This document shows positions 9,769-18,831 of a stretch of 64,000 nt of DNA, piece after piece. The stretch spans positions 368 through 64,367 of the forward strand of contig PSMD01000009.1 in NCBI GenBank assembly GCA_040289925.1, given 5' to 3'. Both the position numbers and the translations under genes were made by a program. Positions within the stretch are counted from its first letter, which is position 1, and each line of letters begins with the position of its first letter. The stretch comes from Chitinophagaceae bacterium (GTDB taxonomy: Bacteria > Bacteroidota > Bacteroidia > Chitinophagales > Chitinophagaceae). The notes beneath the pieces were generated by a model. That model worked only from the letters and a program-made list of their open reading frames with translations. It was not told the origin of the DNA and searched no databases.

Positions 9769-10770
9769 ATGTCGCATCCGGCAACTAAAAGAGTAAGCTA
9801 TTGGGGCCAATTGGGAATTTTAATGGCATTTACAGGAGTTGGATTAATTGTAGGCGGCTTTGTCAGCCTGCTACCAGTGATGTCAAAAATTGATATCAGT
9901 TCTTTACGTGGTTTATCAAATAAGGAGCTGATGAATAAATTAATGGTTCCTGAAAATTCAAATGCATTGAGATGGATGCAGTTTCTTTCAACCTTGTTTT
10001 TATTTTTTATTCCGGCATTTATTTATTCAGCTATCTGCCATACAAAACCACTCACCCATCTTGGTTATAAAAAAGCCGTGAGTTTTCAGCAGGTGCTCAT
10101 TGTTATTATTATTATGTTTTTTGCACTGCCCCTGTCTGCTTCACTTTCACAGGCAACCGAGCTTTTACCTTTTCCGCCATCTGTAATGGAAAAATTTAAA
10201 GCCGCAGAAGCCGATTATCTCAAACAGATCACGGCCATCGGCCGCATGGAGAACACGGCTGATTTTTTGATTTCTCTTTTTATGCTGGCCATACTGCCTG
10301 CTGTGTTTGAAGAAACTTTTTTTCGCGGTGGCGTGCAAAATTTACTGGCAAGATGGTGGAAGACTCCTGTACTGGCCATCATTGTTACTTCCATCATCTT
10401 TAGTATTGTTCATGGTTCCTATCTTGGCTTTTTAAGCCGTGCTGCTTTAGGATTTATTTTAGGATGGATGTATTACCGCACCGGTAATTTATGGCTCAGC
10501 ATCATTGGTCATGTTACAAACAATGCGGTGGCATTAACGGTTTTTTATTTTTCAAAAGGTAAGAACCCCGAGCAGGATATTCATCTGCCTATTTACGTTG
10601 GCCTTGCTTCCATCGCCATATTGTACGGGCTTTTTATTGTGTTTGAAAAAGTGAGCAGCTATCAGGTTGATCGTCCCGGTGAAGAAACTGCAATGGCTGT
10701 TAAAAACAAGCTACCTGACTGGGTGAAAATAGCGGAGGAAAAAACCAACAATCAAGCTAATGGCTTTTAA
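9769..10770 (+). CDS. CPBP-family (CAAX) intramembrane metalloprotease
   Basis: Multi-pass membrane ORF with the EETFFRG motif and downstream His motifs (FSIVHG, IIGHVTNN). Confidence 0.8.
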   Translation: MSHPATKRVSYWGQLGILMAFTGVGLIVGGFVSLLPVMSKIDISSLRGLSNKELMNKLMVPENSNALRWMQFLSTLFLFFIPAFIYSAICHTKPLTHLGYKKAVSFQQVLIVIIIMFFALPLSASLSQATELLPFPPSVMEKFKAAEADYLKQITAIGRMENTADFLISLFMLAILPAVFEETFFRGGVQNLLARWWKTPVLAIIVTSIIFSIVHGSYLGFLSRAALGFILGWMYYRTGNLWLSIIGHVTNNAVALTVFYFSKGKNPEQDIHLPIYVGLASIAILYGLFIVFEKVSSYQVDRPGEETAMAVKNKLPDWVKIAEEKTNNQANGF

Positions 10771-11692
10771 CTGGCAAACTTTTAAAACAAGAACGTTAAC
10801 AGCAGCCGTTTTTATTATTATCATGCTGGGCGGTTTGTTATGGAATCGCTGGAGCTTTTTCATTTTATTTTCTATTATTCATTTTGGATGCTGGTATGAG
10901 TATCAAAAGCTGGTTGAGAAAATTAACCCGGCTTATCAAAACATTTCTCCCTTTCATAAGTATGGTGTAATGCTAGCCGGCTGGTGCATCATGCTGTATT
11001 TTACAAATGATGCTTACTATTTTTTGGGTATTAGGCTGCATGAGTTGGGCTGGTGGCTGGGATTGGTTTTGTTATTTACGCTTCCACTGATTGAATTATT
11101 ATTTGCCAAACAAATAAAACGCAAGATCATCGGTTATTCTTTTTTTGGGATTATCTACATCTCATTAAGCCTGGGCTTAATGATGGATCTGTATGCCTGG
11201 GTTGAAAAAAATTATTTATCAAAGGATGTTTTCTACCCCGGATTTTTCAAACCCTTTTCTTTTTATCCGGTACTGTTTCCTGCCATCATCATTTTTAGTT
11301 TATGGATAAATGATACGATGGCTTACATTGCAGGATCTTTAATTGGAAAAACTCCGTTTTCAAAAATTTCTCCCAAGAAAACATGGGAAGGCACAATCGG
11401 TGGAATTATTCTCTCTAACTTAGCCATTGGTTTTATTTTTTCAAACATTCAAACTGATATTGCTGTTCCGAGCTTTCACTTCAGCTTCGCAACATATACC
11501 TGGTTTGTCATTCCGGCCATTGCAGTTATTACAGGCACAATGGGTGATCTTCTTGAATCAAAACTGAAAAGACTGGCCGGTGTAAAAGACAGCGGACTAA
11601 TTATGCCCGGCCACGGCGGTTTTTTAGATCGCTTCGATTCTCTGCTTGTTGCCACTCCTTTTGTTTGGCTCTTTGTTTATTTTTTTCTGTAG
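10760..11692 (+). CDS. cdsA: Phosphatidate cytidylyltransferase
   Basis: Motifs SPKKTWEGTIGG, GDLLESKLKR and PGHGGFLDRFDS. Its ATG overlaps the CPBP stop by 11 nt. Confidence 0.9.
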   Translation: MAFNWQTFKTRTLTAAVFIIIMLGGLLWNRWSFFILFSIIHFGCWYEYQKLVEKINPAYQNISPFHKYGVMLAGWCIMLYFTNDAYYFLGIRLHELGWWLGLVLLFTLPLIELLFAKQIKRKIIGYSFFGIIYISLSLGLMMDLYAWVEKNYLSKDVFYPGFFKPFSFYPVLFPAIIIFSLWINDTMAYIAGSLIGKTPFSKISPKKTWEGTIGGIILSNLAIGFIFSNIQTDIAVPSFHFSFATYTWFVIPAIAVITGTMGDLLESKLKRLAGVKDSGLIMPGHGGFLDRFDSLLVATPFVWLFVYFFL

Positions 11693-11749
11693 AAGGATGA
11701 AACCATTTCTTTTATTAAATTTCATAGCAGAAACCATTAAACTTCTGCT

Positions 11750-12374
11750 ATGAAAAAATTTTTAATATCCGGCCTGATCATTTTCTGCTACATTACAGCC
11801 TTTGCTCAGTCTAAGTGGGGCATCAGTTACAGCCCTGCATTTCCTATGGATCCTCGTGTACGGTTTGCCGTTCAGCCAGGGGTTGAGTGGGCCTTTAATA
11901 AAAAGCTTTCATGGTTAAATGAATTTGCCTTTACACTTCCCAGAAAAAAAATTCTTCTTATTATGATCGCAGATTTTTTCGGATAAAAACAGAATTACGG
12001 TATGATATATTTCCGGAACCGGAGAAATTCTATTGGCTTTGCAATTATCTTATGCGTGGCGAAGTTTTGATGAGCTGAGAAAGAATTATTTGTTTTCTGA
12101 CCAATACCGGGGTGATACCGCTTTGTATTTTGACCGTGCCCATGTTTATAGCCCAATATTTATTGCTGCAGCCAACCTTGGTTATCTGATTCATTTTTCT
12201 AAGAGTTATCATTTGGATATTGAAGCCGGTTATGGTAAAAAAATTACACAAACCAGTTATAGCAAAGTGGTCAATCCCCAGGCGGGCTATTATCAAATTC
12301 CAAATGATGCTTCCATGATTAATACTCTCGATCTGCATTTAGAACACAGGAAAAAGTTGAAGGCCCCTACATAA
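11750..12374 (+). pseudogene. Small outer-membrane beta-barrel-like protein, frameshifted
   Basis: Signal peptide MKKFLISGLIIFCYITAFAQ. The reading frame changes at an A8 run (11944-11951) and again near 12025-12035. The three pieces join into one plausible alternating-hydrophobic protein. Confidence 0.6.
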
Positions 12375-12418
12375 GCTTTGCTGTGCGATTGATTTATCGC
12401 TTTGCTGAACATTAATCA

Positions 12419-12426
12419 TATTTTTG
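12419..12426 (+). promoter_or_regulatory. Bacteroidota -7 promoter box (TATTTTTG)
   Basis: TAnnTTTG match 18 nt upstream of the psd ATG at 12444. Confidence 0.35.
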
Positions 12427-12443
12427 TTCTCCAATTTTTTTTA

Positions 12444-13100
12444 ATGACGATTCACAAAGAAGGTTATAAAAGCATTGCCTGGGCATTTATCCTGTTTGCA
12501 GTTCTCAATATTTTATCTTTTTACATCTTCAGTTATCATAATCCGCTGGCCTGCGTAGCCATCTTCATCATTACACTGGGGTTGCTCATCTTTATTATTT
12601 CCTTTTTTCGCATTCCTAAAAGAAATTTTACAATTGGAGATGATGTGATTGTTGCTCCTGCCGATGGAAAAATTGTGGCTATTGAGGAAATTCAAGCCGA
12701 CGAATATTTTACCGGCAAACGTTTGCAGGTTTCTATTTTTATGAGTCCGCTGAATGTGCATGTAAACCGCAACCCCGTAAACGGCGAAGTAATGTATAGC
12801 CAGTATCACAAAGGGAAATACCTGGTTGCCTGGAATCCAAAATCATCAACCGAAAATGAAAGGCATGTAGTGGTTTACAAAAGCAATGGCCGGGAAATTT
12901 TGGTAAAGCAAATTGCCGGCGCATTGGCCCGGCGCATTGTCAATTATCTAAAGCCAGGACAAAAAGTAAAGCAAAATCAAGAGATGGGTTTCATCAAATT
13001 TGGGTCAAGAGTGGACCTGGTAATGCCACTGGATGTGAAACTGAAAGTGAAAATCGGAGAAATTTCAAAAGGTGGAGTAACGGTGATTGCTGAGTGGTAA
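12444..13100 (+). CDS. psd: Phosphatidylserine decarboxylase proenzyme
   Basis: Self-cleavage site region GFIKFGSRVD and N-terminal TM helices. Start moved to ATG 12444 (MTIHKEGYK). Confidence 0.9.
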   Translation: MTIHKEGYKSIAWAFILFAVLNILSFYIFSYHNPLACVAIFIITLGLLIFIISFFRIPKRNFTIGDDVIVAPADGKIVAIEEIQADEYFTGKRLQVSIFMSPLNVHVNRNPVNGEVMYSQYHKGKYLVAWNPKSSTENERHVVVYKSNGREILVKQIAGALARRIVNYLKPGQKVKQNQEMGFIKFGSRVDLVMPLDVKLKVKIGEISKGGVTVIAEW

Positions 13101-13120
13101 ACCCTATGTTAATTTAGATA

Positions 13121-13320
13121 ACATTCGACCCCTACGGGGTCGTTTTTTGTCTTTAGGGGCTTATTCTACTACAAACATTCGGCTCCTACAGAGCCTTTTC
13201 AAAAAAAATGATGCCTTAATCTTAGATTCAACTTTATTAGAACCTGATTGAGACCCTGAAGGGGGCAACTGTTAGTAGTAGAAAACAAAAACATTTTAGT
13301 TACAAAAACTCCGTAGGAGT
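13121..13320. repeat. REP/BIME-like cluster of four short GC-rich stem-loops with shared flanks
   Basis: Four hairpins: 13126-13142, 13181-13195 (GGCTC-CTACA-GAGCC), ~13254-13263 (CCC-TGAA-GGG) and 13308-13320 (ACTCC-GTA-GGAGT). ACATTCG precedes the first two. TTCTACTAC at 13164-13172 is mirrored by GTAGTAGAA at 13275-13283. Confidence 0.55.
13126..13148 (+). terminator. Rho-independent terminator of psd
   Basis: Perfect 7-bp stem CGACCCC/GGGGTCG with 3-nt loop TAC (13126-13142), followed by TTTTTT (13143-13148). Confidence 0.7.
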
Positions 13321-13342
13321 GAAATAACCACAAAAAGCCATA

Positions 13343-14038
13343 TCAAAAAATCTCCTCCAATTCTTTCAACGAATAAACGGTGTACGTAGGCTTAATTTCA
13401 GGTTGAATGCCCAGATGATTTACAAATACCTGGTCAATACCTGCATTCATCGCTCCAACAATATCCACTTCAATGCTGTCGCCAATCATAATACATTCTT
13501 CTTTGCAGGTTCCGCATTTTTCAAAAGCGAACTCAAAGATCTCTTTGTTAGGCTTTAAGCTGTTTGATCCTTCTGAAGTGATCACCTCAGTAAAAAAATC
13601 TTTTAGTCCTGAATACATCAGCTTGTTGTGCTGGGTTTGCTCAAAGCCATTGGTGATAAGGTGCAGCACATAATTCTTGTTCACTAAATACTGCAACACC
13701 TCTTTTGCATACGGAAACAAGATCGTTCTTGTAGGTAGCAGTTCTAAAAACCGTACGCTCATTTCTTTTGCCAATTGCTCGTCGGCAATCTTAAAATCCA
13801 GCAAAGTCAGCCACATTCTTTTTACCCGCAGCTCTTCCTGCTTAATGTAACCGTTGCGGTATCGCTCCCACAATTTTTCATTGTGAGCCAGGTAATTTTT
13901 ATGGAAGAGGTCAAAATCATGCACACCCTTTTCTTCCAGTCGCAGTGTTTCGTGAAGTTCAGATAAAGTTTCCCGGGCGTTGGCTTCAAAATCCCAAAGG
14001 GTGTGGTCAAGATCGAAGAATAAGTGCCGGTATTTTAT
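13343..14038 (-). CDS. HAD-superfamily hydrolase (YjjG-like nucleotidase type), apparently lacking a canonical start codon
   Basis: The frame is open upstream of the track ORF and encodes I-KYRHLFFDLDHTLWDF (HAD motif I). There is no ATG/GTG/TTG between the upstream stop (14084-14086) and GTG 13922-13924. ATA at 14036-14038 sits where Met is expected. Confidence 0.7.
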   Translation of the reverse strand: MKYRHLFFDLDHTLWDFEANARETLSELHETLRLEEKGVHDFDLFHKNYLAHNEKLWERYRNGYIKQEELRVKRMWLTLLDFKIADEQLAKEMSVRFLELLPTRTILFPYAKEVLQYLVNKNYVLHLITNGFEQTQHNKLMYSGLKDFFTEVITSEGSNSLKPNKEIFEFAFEKCGTCKEECIMIGDSIEVDIVGAMNAGIDQVFVNHLGIQPEIKPTYTVYSLKELEEIF

Positions 14039-14041
14039 TTC

Positions 14042-14111
14042 AGATTGCAGATTACGGATTTTAGATTTGTGAGAGATCAGGATTCAAGCTGCAATCTACA
14101 ATCTTAAATCT
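14042..14111. repeat. 7-bp-phased AGATT array followed by an inverted AATCT array
   Basis: AGATT/GGATT occurs at 14042, 14049, 14056 and 14063 (plus GGATT at 14080). The complement AATCT occurs at 14093, 14100 and 14107. The whole 79-bp divergent HAD/SDR intergenic region is built from this motif. Confidence 0.55.
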
Positions 14112-14117
14112 AAAATT

Positions 14118-14819
14118 ATGAATGCCGTCATCACCGGTGCTTCTCGGGGACTGGGTAAAGCCATTGCAGAAATTTTTGCAGCAAATGGTTATAATCTTTA
14201 TATCACTTCTCTCAATCAAACCAGGCTGTATAAGGCAATGGAAGGTTTGCTGAATCGTTTTCCTTGCATCACCATAAAAGCAAAACCGTTTGATCTTAGT
14301 AAAAAGCAAGAGGCAAAAGATTTTGGCAACTGGGTGCTTGAACAAAATATTTCAGTAGATGTATTAGTGAACAATGCCGGCAATTTTGCCGGTGCCAGTG
14401 TGCATAACGAAGAAGAAGGGGCGTTGGAAGAAATGATTGAAACCAACTTGTACAGCGCCTATCACTTAACAAGAGTGCTGCTGCCGGGTATGATGAAAAG
14501 AAAAAGCGGACACATCTTTAATATTTCTTCCATCGCTGGGTTAAAAGCTTATCCTGGCGGTGGCTCTTACAGCATCAGCAAATTTGCCTTGCGTGGTTTT
14601 TCTGTTAACCTGCGGGAAGAGTTGAAGAATTATAATATTAAGGTGACCGCTGTTTATCCTGGCGCAGCTTACACAGATTCATGGGCAGCTTCGGGCATGG
14701 ATAAAAAAAGATTCATGGAGGCCGAAGACATCGCTAAAATGGTATATACTGCTTCTCAACTTTCGCCGCAGGCTTGTGTAGAAGACATTATTTTACGGCC
14801 ACAGTTAGGAGATATTTAA
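14118..14819 (+). CDS. Short-chain dehydrogenase/reductase (SDR)
   Basis: TGASRGLGKAIA cofactor motif, NNAG, and the catalytic YSISK (YxxxK). Confidence 0.85.
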   Translation: MNAVITGASRGLGKAIAEIFAANGYNLYITSLNQTRLYKAMEGLLNRFPCITIKAKPFDLSKKQEAKDFGNWVLEQNISVDVLVNNAGNFAGASVHNEEEGALEEMIETNLYSAYHLTRVLLPGMMKRKSGHIFNISSIAGLKAYPGGGSYSISKFALRGFSVNLREELKNYNIKVTAVYPGAAYTDSWAASGMDKKRFMEAEDIAKMVYTASQLSPQACVEDIILRPQLGDI

Positions 14820-14875
14820 CCCCGCTTATCCATTTTTTTAAAAAGCAGAACAAACCGGTTTTCTAATTTTACTGA

Positions 14876-16612
14876 TTGAAAATTTTCCTTCAGCATATTA
14901 TTTTTTTATGCCTGCCGGCCATAGCTTCTTCTCAAGCGGCCATGAAGATGATTGCTCCGCACCACATTTCTGCCGGTGAGTCATTCCAAGTACAGTATGT
15001 AGTGCAGGGCGGTAGCAACATCACCAATTTTAAATTAGAAGAATTCAGTGACGTAAAAATTATAACCGGCCCTGTTCTGTATCCCTCAAAAAACAACAGT
15101 AAAAATTTTGTATTCACGGTACAGGCCAAAAAGGCCGGAAAAATTATTTTGCCAGCAGCCACTTGCTTTGCTGATGGAAAAAAAATCAGTTGCCGGCCGT
15201 TTACCATCAATGTTTCTGTACCCGATGAATTTGCAGAGTACGGTGATTATTTTTTGCGTGCCGGTGAAGAGCCGTACCAAAAAATAAAAAAGAATCTTTT
15301 TTTAAAAGTATTTGTTAACCGCACAACTTGTTTTGTCGGGCAACCGGTTGTGGCTACGTTTAAGCTTTATTCAAGATTGCAATCCCGTTCAAATGTGATT
15401 AAGAATCCCGGGTTCTATGGTTTTTCAGTTGTGGATATACAAGATGTGGAAGATGAAATTGCTGAAACGGACGAAATAAACGGAAGGCAGTTTGATGTAC
15501 ATACTATTCGTAAAGTGCAGCTATACCCTTTGCAAGCCGGAAAATTTATAATTGATGCAATGGAACTGGAAAATGAAGTAGAGTTTTTAAAAAGCATGGT
15601 TAGCAATAAAGGCGAGCAGCTGGTTGAAGAGCACATGTATAACCGAACCAGTAAAAATGCTGAGCCAAATATTTACCAAACGAATTTGGCCAGCCTGCCT
15701 GTTACCATTGACGTAAAACCGTTGCCTGCAAATGAAAATATTGAAAATTTTACAGGTGCGGTCGGCAATTTTAATATTCATGTTTCCCTGCCCGATACAG
15801 TTATTGAAACCAGTCGCGAAGCTGCGCTGGAAGTTATTCTAACAGGCAGGGGAAATTTTCAGCAACTGAATTTGCCAGAGATAAGCTGGCCAAAAGGCTT
15901 AGAAGGTTACCAGTTAAAAATTATTGACCGGCTGGATAAAGAGAAAATTCCTTTGCAGGGCAGCCGGTGCTTTTTGTTTTTGCTGAACGCAGCAAAGCCG
16001 GGAAAGTTCACCATTCCTTCTATTCATTTCTCTTATTTTAATCCGGAGAAAAAAAATTATCAAACAGATTCTACGCAGCCTATCACCATTATTGTAGCAG
16101 CAACCAGGCAAAATACCAGCCGGCACCTCAACATCTCAAAAGATAAAACAAAAAATAATTGGGTGCTGTGGCTGGCTTCTGCCACTGTCATCATTGCTGG
16201 GGTTGCCGGCATAATTTTTAAAAAAAGGAAAAGGAAAACAATAATGGCTGATATTTCTCAACACATCCCCGTTGTTGCGGTTGAAGAATTATTTGCACCT
16301 GCTGTTGAGACCCTACCGGAGGCAAATAAAATTTTTTACAGCAGCCTGAACCGCTGTACCTGGCAATGGCTTTGGCTGCGTTTTGCAATTGATGGAAACA
16401 AGATCAGTAAGGACCAATTAACCGGAACGTTGATGGGAAAAGGTGTGAACCACCAGGACGCCAAAGACTTAACCATTCTGTTGAAGCAAAATGAATGGGA
16501 AGCTTTTACGGCAACTGACAGTGGATTGATTAAGCATGAGCAGTACAACCGCTTAATTACATTGCTTAAAAAAATTGATGCGGCAGGAAAGAATCATTCA
16601 GAATATTTATAG
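14876..16612 (+). CDS. BatD-like (oxygen-tolerance family) membrane-anchored protein
   Basis: Signal peptide, long extracytoplasmic region and one TM near residue ~440 (WVLWLASATVIIAGVAGIIF), followed by a basic stretch. This architecture matches BatD as I remember it. The only start that keeps the signal peptide is TTG 14876, immediately after in-frame TGA 14873-14875. Confidence 0.55.
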   Translation: MKIFLQHIIFLCLPAIASSQAAMKMIAPHHISAGESFQVQYVVQGGSNITNFKLEEFSDVKIITGPVLYPSKNNSKNFVFTVQAKKAGKIILPAATCFADGKKISCRPFTINVSVPDEFAEYGDYFLRAGEEPYQKIKKNLFLKVFVNRTTCFVGQPVVATFKLYSRLQSRSNVIKNPGFYGFSVVDIQDVEDEIAETDEINGRQFDVHTIRKVQLYPLQAGKFIIDAMELENEVEFLKSMVSNKGEQLVEEHMYNRTSKNAEPNIYQTNLASLPVTIDVKPLPANENIENFTGAVGNFNIHVSLPDTVIETSREAALEVILTGRGNFQQLNLPEISWPKGLEGYQLKIIDRLDKEKIPLQGSRCFLFLLNAAKPGKFTIPSIHFSYFNPEKKNYQTDSTQPITIIVAATRQNTSRHLNISKDKTKNNWVLWLASATVIIAGVAGIIFKKRKRKTIMADISQHIPVVAVEELFAPAVETLPEANKIFYSSLNRCTWQWLWLRFAIDGNKISKDQLTGTLMGKGVNHQDAKDLTILLKQNEWEAFTATDSGLIKHEQYNRLITLLKKIDAAGKNHSEYL

Positions 16613-17301
16613 CCGACGCCTCTTACTGAATGAAAATATTGTGGATTCCGGCTGTCTTCTTCAAAATATTTTCTGAAGTTGAGTATAAAGTTGTCAATGG
16701 TTCTTGTTGTGGGGTAAACATTGTAGCCCCAAACCACCTGTAAAATCTTTTCGCGGGGCACCACTTCATTTTTATTTTCTATCAGCAGCTTTAGCAACAT
16801 AGCTTCCTTGCGGCTGAGCTGAACTTTTTCTCCGGTTTTGGTAATGGCTTCCTGTGCTTTAAAATCAATGGTGTTCTTTCCAAAACTATACACATCTCCC
16901 ACCGTTGATTTATCCCGCATCTTCTTATTCTTCTCAATCAGCTTTTGCACACGCAGCATCAGCTCTTCCAAATTAAACGGCTTGGTTAAATAATCATCTG
17001 CACCTTTTTTTAAACCAAGCACCCTGTCGGCACTAGTATTTTTTGCACTCAGAATAAGAATGGGCACTTCATTATTTTTTACCCTTATGCTTTCGGTTAC
17101 ATGTATCCCGTCCACTTCCGGCAGCATAATGTCAAGAATGATCAGATCAAAATATTCTGACTCTACTGCTTTCAGTGCTGCCAGGCCATTATAGGCAGAA
17201 GTTACCTCATAGCCCTCCAGCTCAAGGTTCAGCTTTAGTGCCTCGTGAAGATTTTCTTCATCTTCTACTAATAATAAATTGCCTTTTTTTCCTTCAGCCA
17301 T
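16594..17301 (-). CDS. OmpR-family response regulator
   Basis: Receiver domain (LLVEDEENL...DLIILDIMLP) plus a winged-helix C-terminus (RTIDNFILNFRKYFE). Its ATG overlaps the kinase stop by 1 nt. Confidence 0.9.
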   Translation of the reverse strand: MAEGKKGNLLLVEDEENLHEALKLNLELEGYEVTSAYNGLAALKAVESEYFDLIILDIMLPEVDGIHVTESIRVKNNEVPILILSAKNTSADRVLGLKKGADDYLTKPFNLEELMLRVQKLIEKNKKMRDKSTVGDVYSFGKNTIDFKAQEAITKTGEKVQLSRKEAMLLKLLIENKNEVVPREKILQVVWGYNVYPTTRTIDNFILNFRKYFEEDSRNPQYFHSVRGVGYKYSE

Positions 17302-18293
17302 TATTCAGGATTAAAAACAACGGTAAAATTACTTCCGTGAGGTTGATTATCTGTTATAAAAATTTCACTGCCATGGTCGCGGGCAATAATGCGGCAAAGA
17401 TATAAGCCGAGGCCGGTGCCCTGCGTTTTACGGGTTGATTCATTACCGATGCGGTAAAATTTTCCAAACACTTTTTTCTTTTCTTCATTTGGGATACCGG
17501 CACCTTCGTCAATTATTTCCATTCGTATTTTTTTATCGGCCAGGTGCAGGCGGGCAATAATCTGTTTTTCTTTGGAAGAATATTTAACTGCATTCTCAAT
17601 AAGATTATTGATCAGCAATTGCAGCAGCAACGGATCTCCCATTACATTCATGTCTTCCTGTATTTCTTCAACAAATTTTCTTTCCGGATAACGTTGACAG
17701 GCATGGCGCAGGCAATCTTTCAGCAAATCGCTTAAATCAATTTCTTCTGTTGAAAGCTTATAATGGCCGCCTTCAAGCTGAGACGAGACCAAAATATTAT
17801 TGGTTAGTGTATTCAACCTTTCAGTCTCGGCCAGTGTAATCTTTAACAGCTTTTGCCGCTTTTCTTCGTCAAGCTGGTAGCGTTGTAACGTTTCCAGGTT
17901 CAGTCGTGCAACAGAAATAGGGGTTTTTAACTCGTGGGTAACGGCCATCATAAAATTTTGCTGCTGCTGCTGCATCTTCAACTGCCTGCGTACAGAACGG
18001 TAAACAAAAGCAGCCCCTATTAAAATTAAAATGAGAAAAGTAAACCCTTCGCCAATGTATTTGATAAAATTTCTGCGGTGTTCATCATTAATGCGGCTTA
18101 GCGAATACTGGTAAAGATCCGGCGAAGCCCTTTTATCAATGGAAATATTTAGTTGAGCAATTTTGAATTCCTGCATTTGGCGGTTCTGACTTTCAAGGCT
18201 GATAAACCACCACACCAGTGCCGCAACCACATAAAATAACAGCAACCAAAAAATCACAAAGGCCAGTCTGATTCTTGTTTTGCTGTCAGGCAT
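17301..18293 (-). CDS. Sensor histidine kinase (two TM helices, short external loop)
   Basis: H-box MAVTHELKTPIS. HATPase N/G boxes (NLIENAVKYS, DEGAGIP, GTGLGLYLC). Confidence 0.85.
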   Translation of the reverse strand: MPDSKTRIRLAFVIFWLLLFYVVAALVWWFISLESQNRQMQEFKIAQLNISIDKRASPDLYQYSLSRINDEHRRNFIKYIGEGFTFLILILIGAAFVYRSVRRQLKMQQQQQNFMMAVTHELKTPISVARLNLETLQRYQLDEEKRQKLLKITLAETERLNTLTNNILVSSQLEGGHYKLSTEEIDLSDLLKDCLRHACQRYPERKFVEEIQEDMNVMGDPLLLQLLINNLIENAVKYSSKEKQIIARLHLADKKIRMEIIDEGAGIPNEEKKKVFGKFYRIGNESTRKTQGTGLGLYLCRIIARDHGSEIFITDNQPHGSNFTVVFNPE

Positions 18294-18296
18294 ACA

Positions 18297-18770
18297 TCAT
18301 AATTTCTTTTCAAGGCGAATGCCAACGCTTAATACATTTTCCAGCGGGTCTTCCCGCATGATCTGTTCTATTTTAAAATGATAATGGCCGGGCCGCAGGT
18401 AAATAGTACTGTCAATGGGCAGGCGGTGTTCGTAAATATCATCCATACTGCTGGCCAGCCAGCCTTTGTCATTGGTAGCAAGCAAAAATTCTATCGGTTT
18501 TTTTTGCAGGGCCGTATCTCCCGGCAGTTTAAAATAAAAATTCACCCAAATATTGGTGTAATTGTATTTCTCATTATGGCGTAAAACAAAATAAGGTTGA
18601 TAGCGGCTGGTGCTGTCTTTAATTTCAAAATCAAATTCAGGCTGAAAACTGCTTTTCCATTTAAAGCCGGGAATGGTTACATTTTTTTCGTAGAGATCAA
18701 CAGTGGTGCAGGAAAAAAAATAAACGGCTAAAAACAAAAAAACCGGTAAAAGTTTTCCAAAACGCTTCAT
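18297..18770 (-). CDS. gldH: Gliding motility lipoprotein GldH
   Basis: Lipobox FFSC, about 157 aa, and the YNYTNIWVNFYF block typical of GldH as I remember it. Start moved to ATG 18768-18770 (MKRFGKLLPVF). Its stop is 3 nt from the kinase start. Confidence 0.7.
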   Translation of the reverse strand: MKRFGKLLPVFLFLAVYFFSCTTVDLYEKNVTIPGFKWKSSFQPEFDFEIKDSTSRYQPYFVLRHNEKYNYTNIWVNFYFKLPGDTALQKKPIEFLLATNDKGWLASSMDDIYEHRLPIDSTIYLRPGHYHFKIEQIMREDPLENVLSVGIRLEKKL

Positions 18771-18831
18771 GCTGCAAATGTATAAGTAAACCCTGCCGCT
18801 TTTATGCATGTTATTGCCCTGCCCTTGCATT

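Noticed and set aside
13121-13320. Hairpin cluster as a small CRISPR array.
   Set aside because: The four stem-loops differ in sequence, are only 13-17 nt long and are irregularly spaced. No cas genes are present.
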